Source: Octopus sinensis
Taxonomy: Eukaryota
Length of the DNA stretch: 64,000 nucleotides
Direction of reading: 5' to 3'
Assembly (NCBI RefSeq): GCF_006345805.1
Contig: NC_042999.1
Location: 68,262,001-68,326,000 of the forward strand
Below, one piece after another: positions 39,301 through 49,377 of this stretch. Under the pieces are notes generated by a model. It saw only the letters and a list, made by a program, of their open reading frames with translations, was not told where the DNA came from and did no database searches. Position numbers and translations under genes: made by a program. The number at the start of each line of letters is the position of its first letter. Within the stretch, counting starts at the first letter, position 1.

Positions 39301-42300
39301 CTCCAGTCTGATCTGGCAGTGTTTCTACAGCTGGATGCCCCTCCTAATGCCAACCACTCAATGCTTTTTATGTGCCACCAGCACAGGTGCCAGGCGAGGC
39401 TGGCAACAACCACAATTAGTTGGTGCTTTTTACATGCCACTGGCACGGAAGCCAGTCAAGGCGGCACTGGCATCGGCCACATTCAGATATAGATATATAC
39501 ATGTATACACAATGGATTCCTTTGACCAAATGCACTTGTGAGACTTTTCTTTTAACATACATATCTCAGGTAAAATTTTTCTATCCAGGGTTTGGGTACA
39601 AATGAGAAAACTTTGATTGAAATAATCTGTACCAGAACAAACCAACAGCTGAAAGAAATCAAAGAAGTTTATAAAACAAGTAAGTGACTTAATTTAATTA
39701 TTTAAAATTTTTCTTCATTTCAATCTATACCAGGACAAACCAACAGCGAAAAGAAATCAAAGTAGTTTATAAAACAAATGGCTTAATTTAATTTTTTTAT
39801 AATTGTCTTTTTCATTCCATAGAAATTTATCATATTATAAGGCAAATAAAATATCCAGTTATTATATAGCTATCTATTTAGGTTTAGTATGTGTGTATAT
39901 ATCATTTCCTTGATACGTGCATATACTAAACCTAAAACCAATATCTTTGATCCTTTTCTTCTAAGTGTTCAAGAACAGTCTGGAAGATGACATAGCAGGC
40001 GATACATCAGGACACTTCAGGAACCTGTTAATCAGTCTTGTACAAGGAAACCGAGCTGAAAAGAAGTCTTTTGATCGAAACAAGGCTAAGCAAGATGCTG
40101 AAGAACTTTACAAGGCTGGAGAGAAGAAATGGGGAACTGATGAATCTTGCTTTAATGCCATTCTTTGTTCAAGGAGCTATTCTCAGTTGCGAGCCATTTT
40201 CCAAGAATATATTTTATTATCACAGAAGGATATAGAAGATGTCATCAAATCAGAAATGTCAGGAGACCTCAAAAACAGTATGCTGGCCATAGGTAAGACA
40301 TTCAGTCTGCATTTTCTTGTTTAATTTCGTAGATTGCCTATTTCAACAGTGCCCAGGTTGGGGTACCATGTTCATGGGTTTAGCTGGATGCCCTTCCTAA
40401 TGCCAACCACTCCAAGAATGTAATGGCTACTTTTACGTGTTGCTGGTACAGGTCCCAGTTGCATGACTACAATTTCACTTGGCTTAATGGGTCTTCTTTT
40501 CAAGCACAGCATATTGCCAAAGGTCTTGGTCGTTTGTCGTTGCCTGTATGAATCCCAATACTGGAAGGAGGGGGCTCTTTACGTACCACCAGCACAGGTG
40601 CTCGTTATGCAACCCCGATCAGGTGCTGGTTACATTGCACCAGCATCAGCCACATTACCTCCTTGAGACCCAATGCTCCAAAAGGGTGGTTTACGTGCCA
40701 CCGGCATGGGCACTAGTTACACAACACCAGCATTGCCTCCGTAAGGCCCAATGCTCCAAAGTTGCTTTTTACATTCCACTGGCATGATTGCCAGTTACAT
40801 AACACCAGCATCAGCCAAACTCTCTTTACTCTTTTACTTGTTTCAGTTATGTGACTGTGGCCATGCTGGAGCATTGCCTTTAGTTAAGGAAATCGACCCC
40901 AGGACTTATCCTTTGTAAGCCTAGTACTTATTCTATCGGTCTCTTTTGCCAAACCACTAAGTTAAGGGGACGTAAACACACCAGCATCAGTTGTCAAGTT
41001 ATATTGGGGGGGGACAAACATATACACACACATACATATACGACAGGCTTCTTTCAGTTTCCGTCTAACAAATCCACTCACAAGGCTTTGGTCAGCCAGA
41101 GGCTATAAGTAGAAGACACTTGCCCAAGGTGCCACGCAGTGGGACTGGACCTGGAACCATGTGGTTCGTAAGCAAGCTACTTACCACATATCACCAAAGG
41201 TCTCAATCACTAGTCATTGCTTCCGTGAGGCCCAGCTTTCAAAGATCATGCTTCACCATCTCAACTCGTGTTTTCTCGGTTCTACCTCTTCCACAGTTAG
41301 AGATCAGCACTTCTTTACACAGCTGTCCTCGTCCATATAATAATATGATTATAATATATAATAATTATAATAATTTTCTCAACTGGTTACTGCACAGTTT
41401 CTACTCTGCTATATTCCACACCCAAAATGTTGGTTTAGCCAGAAGTTAAGGTACAAGGCTATAATAGAAAACACTTGCCCAAGGTGCCACACAGTGGTAC
41501 AGAACCCAGAACCATGTGGGTGGCAAGCAAACCTCTTACTACATAGCCACACCGGTAAGACGTGCAATGGAATTGAACTCAGAACCATGTGATTGTAAAG
41601 TAAACTTGTTAGCCTTACAACTGTACTTGTAGCATGGGCAGGGTTTGACTGTAGGCACTCACTGTTTTAGGCCCAGCCCAGTCATGATGGTCAAAGACAT
41701 TATACTCCTGGTCATCCTGTTTTTCCGAGTTTAGTACATCAAAGCAATGGACACAAAAAGAAGACAACACAGCAGGGCGAAGTTTTAACAAATGTTGTAT
41801 TAGTTAAATGCTTAAAAGGAAGTGGGTTGTGACGTTTTGGATGCTAGTCCTTCATCAGAAAAAAAAAAAAATGAGAAAGGTGGTAGGAAAAATAGAAAGA
41901 ATGAGAAAAGGCAGTTAGATAGAAAAACAAAACATTAGAGTCTAGACAAGAATGCAGTTCTATGGGGGTGGATTAGAAAGACTTGAGGTGGTAGGGTGGA
42001 TTGTGCAGGTATAGGGAAGTATCTATGTATATAGAGGAGTATAGGGGGAGCTGTGTGTGTGTGTGGTGGTATGACATATATATATGGTTTCTTGGGGTGT
42101 AGTTGTGTGGTAGGTTGGTGTTTAGGTGTAACAGTATATCTAGGACTACATTTTCTAATGTATGCTTTATTTTGGGACAGTAGGGGCAACATTTAAACTC
42201 AATGATTTAGACCAGGATCGAGAATATATGGTCACTCAATCTGCTAGAAATGGCAGTTAAATCTTCTTTAAATCAAACCTTACTGTTTACAAAAAAAAAA

Positions 42301-42672
42301 AAAAGGGAAGACATAGATAATAAAAAAAAATAGGATTTTCATGGGTGGATGCTCCTTTAATCTGATGTTCTTTATTAGAACTGTCCTGGGACTGAATAAA
42401 AAAGTGATTAGTTTTTTTGTTGTTGTCATTTCTGTTGTATTGATCTCTTTTATATTTTCTTTTTAGTTCAATGCATTCGAAACAAGGCCATGTTTTTTGC
42501 CAGTGCCCTGTACAAAGCTATGAAAGGACTTGGTACTGATGACAAAACTGTAATTCGGATTATCGTATCTCGTTCAGAGGTTGATATGGTACAAATAAAG
42601 CAGGAGTTTCAGAAAGCATACAAAGAGACTTTGGAAAGTTTCCTTAAAGTAGGTATTGACTGGCTTCATTTT

Positions 42673-42762
<90 letters not shown>

Positions 42763-43073
42763 AATATAAGAAGGGTGGTGTGAGGTGAGAGAGTAATGAA
42801 AGGGCAAAGCAGGGAGAAATAAATACTTGACTCTCTCACTTGCAAAGGAAGTAAAAATGCATGAGAATGTCTGTGTGTAAGTTTGTGTTAGTATGTGTTT
42901 GTTTGTATAGGTATGCATGTGTGTGTGTGTGTCCGTATATGTTTGTCATGGCTTTTTTTCTTCTCCAGCCATAGAAACCATGCCAAATCAGACTGGAGTC
43001 TGGTGCAGCCCCTCAGCTTATCAACCCTGGCTAAACCATCCAACCCCTACCAGCATGGACAACAGACATTAAA

Positions 43074-43154
<81 letters not shown>

Positions 43155-43884
43155 CAGTGGCATGAAAGATAAATCAAGAAATTTACAGTAAGAAGCTTGC
43201 TTCCCAACCACATGGTTTTGAGTTCAGACCCACTGCATGGCACCTTGGGCAGGTGCCCTCTGCTATAGCCTCAGGCTAACCAAAGTGGATTTGGTTGACA
43301 GAAACTGAAAGAAGCCCATCATATGTGTGTGTATATATATATATATATACTGTATCTTCGTGTCTGTCTCTCCTATCACTGCTTGACAACAAGTGTTGGT
43401 GTTTTTATGTCCCCGTAACTTAGTGGTTCAGCAAAAGAGACTAATAGAATAAGTACTAGGCTTTAAAAAAGAAAGTTCTGGGCTCAATTTGTTCAATTAA
43501 AACTCTTGACCAGTGCTCCAGCATGACTGAAATATGTAAAAAAAAAAAAAGATAAAATAATATATTGGTTGACATTCAGAAGGGCGTCCAATCATTGAAA
43601 CCATGCCAAAGCAAGAGAATGGAGCCTGATGCTGCTCTGTGAAACCATCTCACCCATACCATCATGAAAAACAGACATTGAATGATGATGATGTTGTGGA
43701 TGGATGGATGGATGTATGTGTGAAGGGGTAAGTATATGTATGTGACGAATTGTGTTTATGTGTTTAAATCTGTGTTCTGATGGTCAATACATATTTATTA
43801 TCCGTGTTTTCTTGCTTGTTTCAACAGGGTGACTTATCAGGGGATTACTTGAAAACCATGTTGAATTTAACTGGAAATAACTAA
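1208..43884 (+). CDS. Double-core (8-repeat) annexin, 17 in-window exons, 5' end outside window
   Basis: Exons 1208-1400, 9320-9696, 13448-13532, 17009-17103, 18729-18842, 21421-21511, 24142-24468, 27584-27765, 30146-30224, 32128-32213, 34493-34574, 36563-36657, 37301-37414, 39589-39679, 39966-40292, 42467-42648, 43828-43884 join with compatible phases; eight GxGT(D/N)-type endonexin motifs; TAA at 43882-43884. Confidence 0.85.
1472..1580. repeat. About 33-bp degenerate tandem repeat
   Basis: ATGATCCTCCAGATGTGTTAATCCT(C/T)TTATAAC. Confidence 0.8.
2119..2402. repeat. Long inverted repeat (about 135-bp arms)
   Basis: Centre at about 2258-2271. Confidence 0.9.
3100..3510 (+). mobile_element. 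SINE family C (tRNA-like head, CCTTGGGCAAGT core, internal (TA)n)
   Basis: A-box TGGCTGTGTGG, B-box GGTTCAGTCC; approximate copies 32331-32740, 33370-33690, 40820-41188, 43190-43550, 48385-48675, 63375-63800. Confidence 0.8.
3590..4086 (+). mobile_element. Tc1-like transposon 3' fragment
   Basis: [12 protein letters not shown]...[18 protein letters not shown] motif; ends CACTG followed by TA. Confidence 0.9.
4322..4604. repeat. Long inverted repeat (about 130-bp arms, 9-nt loop) in (TA)n
   Basis: Centre AGATGGTAA at 4463-4471. Confidence 0.92.
7862..8350 (+). mobile_element. Two tandem SINE family B copies (tRNA-like head, Nin-domain-like core)
   Basis: GGCGAGCTGGCAGAA..GAGTTCAAAT..GCCTTTCATCCTTTCGGGGTCGATAAA; approximate other copies 11490-11698, 16629-16860, 31385-31617, 51415-51633, 53494-53730, 57230-57448, 57925-58140. 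Confidence 0.8.
9320..9696 (+). CDS. Annexin head exon with internal K/P/E-rich repeats and three in-frame donors
   Basis: catag acceptor, phase 1; [16 protein letters not shown] repeats; GAG|gt donors after 9468, 9561 and 9696. Confidence 0.7.
10521..10748. mobile_element. Second MITE family (CCCTTTAG...AAAGGG), relatives at about 25290-25582, 44230-44450, 56445-56795
   Basis: Shared internal sequence and CCCTT termini. Confidence 0.6.
11090..11428 (-). mobile_element. Helitron/Helentron-like non-autonomous element
   Basis: End ACTAGCAGTATCGCCCGGCGTTGCTC; shares about 65 bp with 12305 copy in opposite orientation. Confidence 0.5.
12305..12612 (+). mobile_element. Helitron/Helentron-like non-autonomous element
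   Basis: ACTAGCAGTATCGCCCGGCGTTGCTCGGG start, TTTTATATATAAAGAT end, AT-rich flanks. Confidence 0.55.
13448..13532 (+). CDS. Annexin core 1 exon ([29 protein letters not shown])
   Basis: ttacag/gtaaca boundaries; start of annexin repeat 1. Confidence 0.93.
13589..14022 (-). mobile_element. Non-autonomous hAT element with 8-bp TSD
   Basis: TIRs CAGGGTCGGATTAA / TTAATCCAGAACTG; CCCTCTTT duplicated at 13581-13588 and 14023-14030; hAT dimerisation-like peptide [17 protein letters not shown]; decayed sibling at about 15147-15368. Confidence 0.85.
14853..15061. mobile_element. piggyBac-type MITE
   Basis: TTAA-flanked CCCTTT-like...AAAGGG ends; same family at 18146, 18402, 44011, 60544. Confidence 0.75.
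15369..16012 (+). mobile_element. Penelope-like element relic (GIY-YIG endonuclease end plus partial pLTR)
   Basis: [32 protein letters not shown] motif; 5' inverted segment 15369-15416 matches the tail at about 38347-38393. Confidence 0.8.
17009..17103 (+). CDS. Annexin core 1 exon ([31 protein letters not shown])
   Basis: ttcag/gtaaga; 95 nt. Confidence 0.95.
17346..17645 (+). repeat. Hairpin (about 90-bp arms) plus about 100-bp tail; second copy 26694-27135
   Basis: Same arms and tail in both copies, different spacer length. Confidence 0.88.
18146..18631. mobile_element. Two tandem piggyBac-type MITE copies
   Basis: 18146-18379 and 18402-18631, each TTAA-flanked. Confidence 0.8.
18729..18842 (+). 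CDS. Annexin core 1 exon ([14 protein letters not shown]...AKHLRNAMK)
   Basis: tttag/gtaagt; 114 nt. Confidence 0.95.
18910..19240 (+). mobile_element. SINE family D (tRNA head, Meta/V-domain-like core)
   Basis: A/B boxes, TTGAGCAAGACACTT..TGCTCCAGTTCACTCAGCTG; relative at about 32838-33110. Confidence 0.65.
19519..19692. repeat. 36-bp tandem repeat, about 4.5 copies
   Basis: ATACAAAAAAGGGACAACAAAACATCCAGACAGATG at 19561, 19597, 19633, 19669. Confidence 0.9.
21421..21511 (+). CDS. Annexin core 1 exon ([30 protein letters not shown])
   Basis: tccag/gtaagt; 91 nt. Confidence 0.95.
21519..21873 (-). mobile_element. CR1-type LINE 3' end
   Basis: Minus-strand peptide [34 protein letters not shown]...SFK; (ATT)n tail. 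Confidence 0.75.
22834..23719 (-). mobile_element. Internally deleted Tc1/mariner-superfamily element
   Basis: About 30-bp TIRs CAGGGTGTTTCAAAAAA / TTTTTTGAAACACCTTG; HTH N-terminus and WGYVK...LEELKQRI C-terminus, catalytic middle missing. Confidence 0.85.
24142..24468 (+). CDS. Annexin core 1 exon, repeats 2-3 ([18 protein letters not shown]...GEGKWGTDE...MLAI)
   Basis: ttcag/gtttgt; 327 nt; overlaps ORF 24207-24581. Confidence 0.95.
27584..27765 (+). CDS. Annexin core 1 exon, repeat 4 ([11 protein letters not shown]...[21 protein letters not shown]...YIS)
   Basis: taaag/gtaagt; 182 nt. Confidence 0.95.
27770..28120. repeat. CT-rich polypyrimidine low-complexity tract
   Basis: About 350 bp almost only C/T right after a donor site. 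Confidence 0.9.
29508..29690 (-). mobile_element. RTE-type LINE 3' end
   Basis: [34 protein letters not shown] peptide, then (CAAGT)n tail. Confidence 0.65.
30146..30224 (+). CDS. End of core 1 ([27 protein letters not shown]); read-through alternative stops at 30259
   Basis: tacag acceptor; G|gcaagt GC donor in phase 1. Confidence 0.85.
30510..31129 (+). mobile_element. Long SINE family A copy with internal tandem modules
   Basis: Repeated GGTGGCACGTAAAA(G)GCACCATTCGAG modules, (GAT)n tail. Confidence 0.8.
32128..32213 (+). CDS. Inter-core linker exon ([28 protein letters not shown])
   Basis: ttcag/gttagt; phase 1 in, phase 0 out, bridging 30224 and 34493; end resembles head exon end (EMEDIE). 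Confidence 0.75.
33705..34480. repeat. About 62-bp AT-rich minisatellite, about 13 copies
   Basis: Unit TTTAACCTCTAAAATACTTAATATTTTCTCAATTAAAATGCAAAATAACAATATTCGTTTTA. Confidence 0.95.
34493..34574 (+). CDS. Annexin core 2 exon ([28 protein letters not shown])
   Basis: tccag/gtaagc. Confidence 0.93.
34999..35160. repeat. About 80-bp tandem duplication
   Basis: ATACATGGATAGTATTATAATCC...AAATACAGT twice. Confidence 0.85.
35397..36517. mobile_element. Possible solo LTR
   Basis: TGTTATG...CGTAACA termini, imperfect ATAT/ACAT flanks, CpG-retaining composition unlike surrounding intron. Confidence 0.45.
36563..36657 (+). CDS. Annexin core 2 exon ([31 protein letters not shown])
   Basis: tatag/gtgagt; 95 nt. 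Confidence 0.95.
37301..37414 (+). CDS. Annexin core 2 exon ([14 protein letters not shown]...NLNKAMK)
   Basis: cacag/gtaagt; 114 nt. Confidence 0.95.
38165..38400 (+). mobile_element. tRNA-headed Penelope pLTR-like element with hammerhead-like motif
   Basis: Homologous to 15867-16012; ACAC-TTGATGA-A-GGCTG..CAGCC-GAAAC-GTT-GTGT at 38301-38344. Confidence 0.65.
39589..39679 (+). CDS. Annexin core 2 exon ([30 protein letters not shown])
   Basis: tccag/gtaagt; 91 nt. Confidence 0.95.
39966..40292 (+). CDS. Annexin core 2 exon, repeats 6-7
   Basis: ctaag/gtaaga; 327 nt; [21 protein letters not shown]. Confidence 0.95.
42467..42648 (+). CDS. Annexin core 2 exon, repeat 8
   Basis: tttag/gtaggt; 182 nt; [23 protein letters not shown]. 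Confidence 0.95.
42676..42758. repeat. (TG)n(AG)n microsatellite
   Basis: Directly visible. Confidence 0.95.
43828..43884 (+). CDS. Annexin terminal coding exon ([18 protein letters not shown])
   Basis: aacag acceptor, TAA stop. Confidence 0.93.
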   Translation, partial: GDLSGDYLKTMLNLTGNN

Positions 43885-44010
43885 AAGAAAAGAAAAAAAA
43901 CATTCAAGGTCAGTAAAGCACCAGTTTAACCCTTTTGATACTAACCTGTAAGACTACTTTTGCTTCTACACTGAACTGATATCCTTTGTATCCAACTTAT
44001 TCCATATCTC

Positions 44011-44230
44011 TTAACCCTTTTGTTAACTGAAACCAGCTCTGGCTCTGAGTACAAATGTCTTATTTTCATAAGTTTTGAATTAAACTCTTCCACCAAACCT
44101 TAGTCGCAATTTCTGTTCCCAAAACTAGCTTAATGATAACTAAGTTATTTTTCTAAATTCTTTGTTATATTTAAAGTAATTGGAAGAAATACAGAGCATC
44201 TCAAAATAAATACAGTAACGAAAGGGTTAA
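44011..44230. mobile_element. piggyBac-type MITE downstream of annexin stop
   Basis: TTAACCCTTT...AAAGGGTTAA. Confidence 0.8.
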
Positions 44231-47044
44231 TCCTCTAGTATTGACATTATTGTCAAAGATAATGCTTATTTATTCAAAATTGTTTTGAATTAATCATGCA
44301 TTATCTTTGTTTTGAATTAATCATGCATTATCTTGTAGCTTTGTAATTTTGATAAGGTAACTGTTAATTTTTTAAAATGATATAGTACGGTTATTGAACA
44401 TAAAACAGGTAGAATATTTTGGCTAGTCATGGCTGGTTTAAATTCTAAATGCTCAATTCATCTGTCACATTATTTTCACTCGGAGCACTTCCAGTTTTGT
44501 CGCATATTCACATTATGCCTGGACTGCTTAACTCTTTTTCTTTCTCTCACTTCCCAGGCAAGCTATGTATGCACTTCTTCAGCAAGACACCTACTTCTCT
44601 CTCTGTATTTCTTTCTCCAGTCTAAACCCCGTTCGGTTGAAGGGTCTTGTCTTGTGGGTACTTGGTGACTTTGCCAATGTTGGTTGCCATGTAAAAAGCT
44701 CTGAGTACACTCTGCGAAGTGATTGATGCTAGGAAGGACATCCAGCTGTAGAAGCTAAGCCAAAGCAGACAGAGAAACTGACAAAGAAGCCCTCTGGCTT
44801 GTCTGTTTCTGCTAAAATCATCCGACCCATGTCAGGATGGAAAAAGGGACATTAAATATGATGACAAATACAAGTTTCCTTTTTTTCAAAGTGATCTAAA
44901 TTAAAACCTTCCATCAAACTTTTATGCAAATTTATGCTCCAAACACCAGCTTCACAATGACGGCTATTTTATTAAATTCTTAATTATTAAAAAAAATTAA
45001 CATATTGCTAGCATGGAAAACGGATGTTAAACGATGATGATGATAACTGAAACAAAGGGAGTGCATTTCAGCAGAAATCTGGTCACTTGTGGAAAGATAT
45101 ACAAACCTGGAAAGTTTAATTAAAAATCTTCGCAGTGTGGTAATAAGTTTGCTTTCCAACCACATGGTTCCAGGTTCAGTCCCACTGTATGGCACCTTGG
45201 GCAAGTGTCCTCTACTATTGCCTACAGGCCAACCAGAACCTTGTAAGTGGATTTGGCAGACAAACTGAAGGAAGCCCATCATGTACGTATACATGTATAT
45301 GTGTGTATCTTTCTTTCTGTCTTTGTCCCTCACCACTGCTTCTTCAAAGAAGTAGTACCCCAACATAGCCACTGTCTAATTGAAACAAGTAAAAAATGAA
45401 AGCTAGTGTAAGGAAGCTTCTGTTTATCTTTCTAACATTATTTGCCTTGTGACCCCCATTCCTTACTCTTCATTATTCTCTCTTAACCATCTCCCTTATT
45501 TATTCTTTCTTTTACATTTCCTACCAATACTGAATCCGGATTGAGTAGTAAGGAGGAAAAAAACAATATCTTTTTAAGGAGAGGTTCAAACACAAATGTT
45601 TTTCCTAAACATTACAATGCATTATAATATACAATTATAATATACATTATTAGACATAGCATACATGGGGGAGAACATTATCAAACATAGTATATCTGGG
45701 ACCACATTATTACCTCTAGGGTAGCGGGGATTACATTATCACTCACAGCCTAGCTGGGACTGTTTTATTAGACTACATTAACAAAAATAATGTATCATCA
45801 TCGTTTAACGTCCGTTTTCCATGCTAGCACGGGTTGGACGGTTCGACCGGGGTCTGGGAATCCAGGAAGCTGCACCAGGCTCCAGTCTGATCTGGCAGTG
45901 TTTCTACAGCTGGATGCCCTTCCTAATGCCAACCACTCCATGAGTGCTTTTTACGTGCCAGGGGAGTCTGGCAGCGGTCACGATCGGTTGGTGCTTTTTA
46001 CGTGCCACCGGCACAGAAGCCAATCAAGGTAGCGCTGGCATCGGCCACGTTCGGATGGTGCTTTTTACATGCCACCGGCAAGTATAAATTATAAAACAGT
46101 ATACATAGAACTACATTATCAAATACTTCATGAGTGAGAAACATTATAAGACATAGCATATCTGGAACAACATTATCAGACTGTTTCAAACATTTCATTG
46201 TCAGACGATGTATAAAAGGTTGCATTATCCTCCTTTTATGTCAAAATATGAAACAAAAACATTAGAAATAAACTAAGCCACCAACCTCAAGCAATCAATG
46301 CATATGGAAATACGTTTCACTAATTTTCAATTTCTCTCCATTCAAATATTTTGGGCATAAAAGCTTGAATTGAAATTCTCATCACTATTTCCTTTTTATA
46401 GAGATAAGTGTTTGAATATTTCTCAACAAAGCCGTGTATCTGTGTAGCAGAGGAGCAGACACATCTATGCATCTGTTGAGATTATAGTAACATGCATATC
46501 TAATTGATGTTACAGCTATAGGTCTATGTAGTTGACTTTATAGCCATGTCCCCAAATAAAATAAAATAAAATAAAACATCAGGTGGTTGCTAATGTCATC
46601 AAAGCAGTTACAAATTAGTTATACAGACGTAGGTATAAATATAATTTAGCATACAAGGAAATAGAAGTCCACAGTAGTTTTTCATAGAGCACATACTCCT
46701 CGGATATCTATCTGTCTTATATCATAAGAGAGAGGGCTATCTAGGCAGTCCTTTACAGCTGTTTCTAGGGTTTGATAATCAGTCAGAACAGCAGTCATCA
46801 TCATCATCATTTAACATCCGCTTTCCATGCTAGCATAGGTTGGATAGTTCAACTGGAGTCTGGGAAGCCAGAAGGCTGCACCAGGCTCAGTCTGATCTGG
46901 CAGTGTTTCTACAGCTGGATGCCCTTCCTAACGCCAACCACTCCGTGAGTGTAGTGGGTGCTTTTTACGTGCCAGACGAGGCTGGCATCGGCCACGATCA
47001 GATGGTGCTTTTTACGTGCCACCGGCACGGAGGCCGTGCATATA

Positions 47045-47090
<46 letters not shown>

Positions 47091-49377
47091 GGAAATTGGT
47101 GTAAGCAAATGTATATGAAATAACATTTAAATTACAGTGTCACCTGTGCCATCATTGGAAGGAATTTTAATGGCCGAAGACATTCAATATGCGTTAATAT
47201 AAAGCCCAGTAACCATAGAGAGAGTGATGTACTCTTAGCCATGAATCTCTATAGTCAACCATTATAGCTATGTGTCGAACTGAGATTTAACCAAAATATT
47301 TTTTTGATTTTTAATGCAATCAAAAGTAAGTTTTGTTTGAATTTTCTGCTTTTTACAGAGTGAACAGTTACTGGATCTGAAGACTGAACTAACCATAATC
47401 CTTTCTCACACACATTTTGCATTTTCTTGCTTTTGCAGTCATATACTCTCTAACAAACACTATGGCACTTACTTGCATTCTCAGAAACACACACACTAAC
47501 AAAAAAAAAAGTCAGCTTTTTTTTTTTTACTTTACAATTATTATAAAGTCACTCTTTCTTAGTTAGACAATACAATGCTTTTATACAAAATAAATGTACA
47601 GACTTTCCCGCACATACATGCATAGTATTACACATTCACACAAATACATACATAACGTATTTTCTCATGCGTGCACCTAAACACATGCAGTTTTTATATG
47701 CTTATATATATAAAGTGTGTGAAAACTTACTGTTCAACCACCAAGGTTAGTATTGATTTCAATTAATGAATTACAAAGGACCAAAAATAAAAATCAAGAT
47801 GTTAAACTAATTAGTGTTTTTTTTTTAATATTTAAATAGATATAACCCCACCCTCACTCTCTATACCCACTACTACTACACTGGCTACCTGAGGTACCAC
47901 CTGGACACCTCATCACTGTCTAATTTATATTAATTCTCACTCTCTCTGTCCTTAATGTGAGGAGCCATGTAGCTCTTCCCAAACAAGAACCTGCTCTAGC
48001 CCAACCTTTTCCCTCTAATATTGATACACTACCCACTTCCCTCTCTGGGAATGTTGACTGCAAGTTACATGGCAAACTCAAAAGTACCAGTGGCATGATT
48101 TAAAAAAAAAAAAAAGCACCCAGTACATGTTGTGAAGTGGGTGGTGTTAGGGAAGGGTCTTCAGCTGTAGAAATCATGCCAAGTCAGATACTGGAGTGCA
48201 ATGCAGTCCTTCAACTCATATCCTTGGGAAACCATTCAACCTATGCCAGCATGGAATAGACATTAAACAATGAGGATGATAATATGCAAAACACACATTG
48301 TCAGATTAGTTTCAAGCTGGTTATGTTGCATAGTTCAGCAATGGATTTCCACTAATGTTTAATGCTTTATACACAAATGTCATCGTAGGAGTGGCTGTGT
48401 GGTAAATAGCTTGCTTACCATCCACATAGTTCCGGGTTCAGTCCCACTGCGCGACACTTTGGGCAAGTGTCTTCTACTATAGCCTTGGGCCAACCAAAGT
48501 TTTGTGAGTGGATTTGGTAGCCGGAAACTGAAAGAAGCCCGTCAGATATGTGTATGTGTGTGCATGTCTGTGTTTGACAACCGATGCTGGTGTGTTTATG
48601 TCCCCATAACTTAGCGGTTCAGCAAAAAAGACCGATAGAATAAGTACCAGGCTTACAAAGAATAAGTCCTGGGGTCTTACTAAACCACAAACAGCAACTC
48701 TGTATTGATTCAGAGATAGTTTAGAGTTGGGCTAATTTGATAATATAGCCATAACACAAAGGTACATTAAAGCTATATTACAAAGTGAGAGGGTTAATGT
48801 TATCAAACTATGTCTATGCCTTACCACTGCTTGACAAACAGCATTGTGTTTACATTCCCATAACTTAGTGCTTCAGCAAAATGAGACCAATAGAATAAGT
48901 ATGAAGGCTGATTCATTCCAATGACTGAAACAAATAAAAGATAAAGATTAGGAAAAAAAAAATAAGAACAAAGATAAAGATATAAATGAAATGTTTAATG
49001 AGAATTTGTGAATATCTGTATATATATATATATGAAATAAATATACAGTGAAATTGAGAACATCAGCAAAACTTAAATTTCGTGAGTCTTTTTTTTTCTT
49101 TTTTTTTCAAGGTTTTTTTTTGTTAAAAATATTTTTTTAAATCCCCAACCCCACTTAGGTTTTTTTTTTAAAAATATTATATAGCTTCATGGCTATTGTT
49201 AATGTTTTCTCAGATCAGATAAGAGATTTGTACAGATAAATTACAAGTAAAACTGTCTAAACAAAAATGTAATAAATAAAAAAAAAAAAAAGTTGGGTTT
49301 CCCCCCCCCCCCTTGTTTTCTCACTGAAAGACATGCGTTTAATATTTTCCAGTTTTTCTTGAACCTCGTGACGGTCT

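Noticed and set aside
34493-43884. Second annexin core as an assembly duplicate or pseudogene
   Set aside because: Exons strongly diverged from core 1, introns unrelated, all frames and splice sites intact
13448-43884. Assigning symbol ANXA6 or ANXA7
   Set aside because: Orthology cannot be shown without a phylogeny; architecture is probably convergent
43885-49377. Additional gene between the two convergent genes
   Set aside because: Only repeats and AT-rich UTR-like sequence; no exon chain; poly(A) sites not determinable
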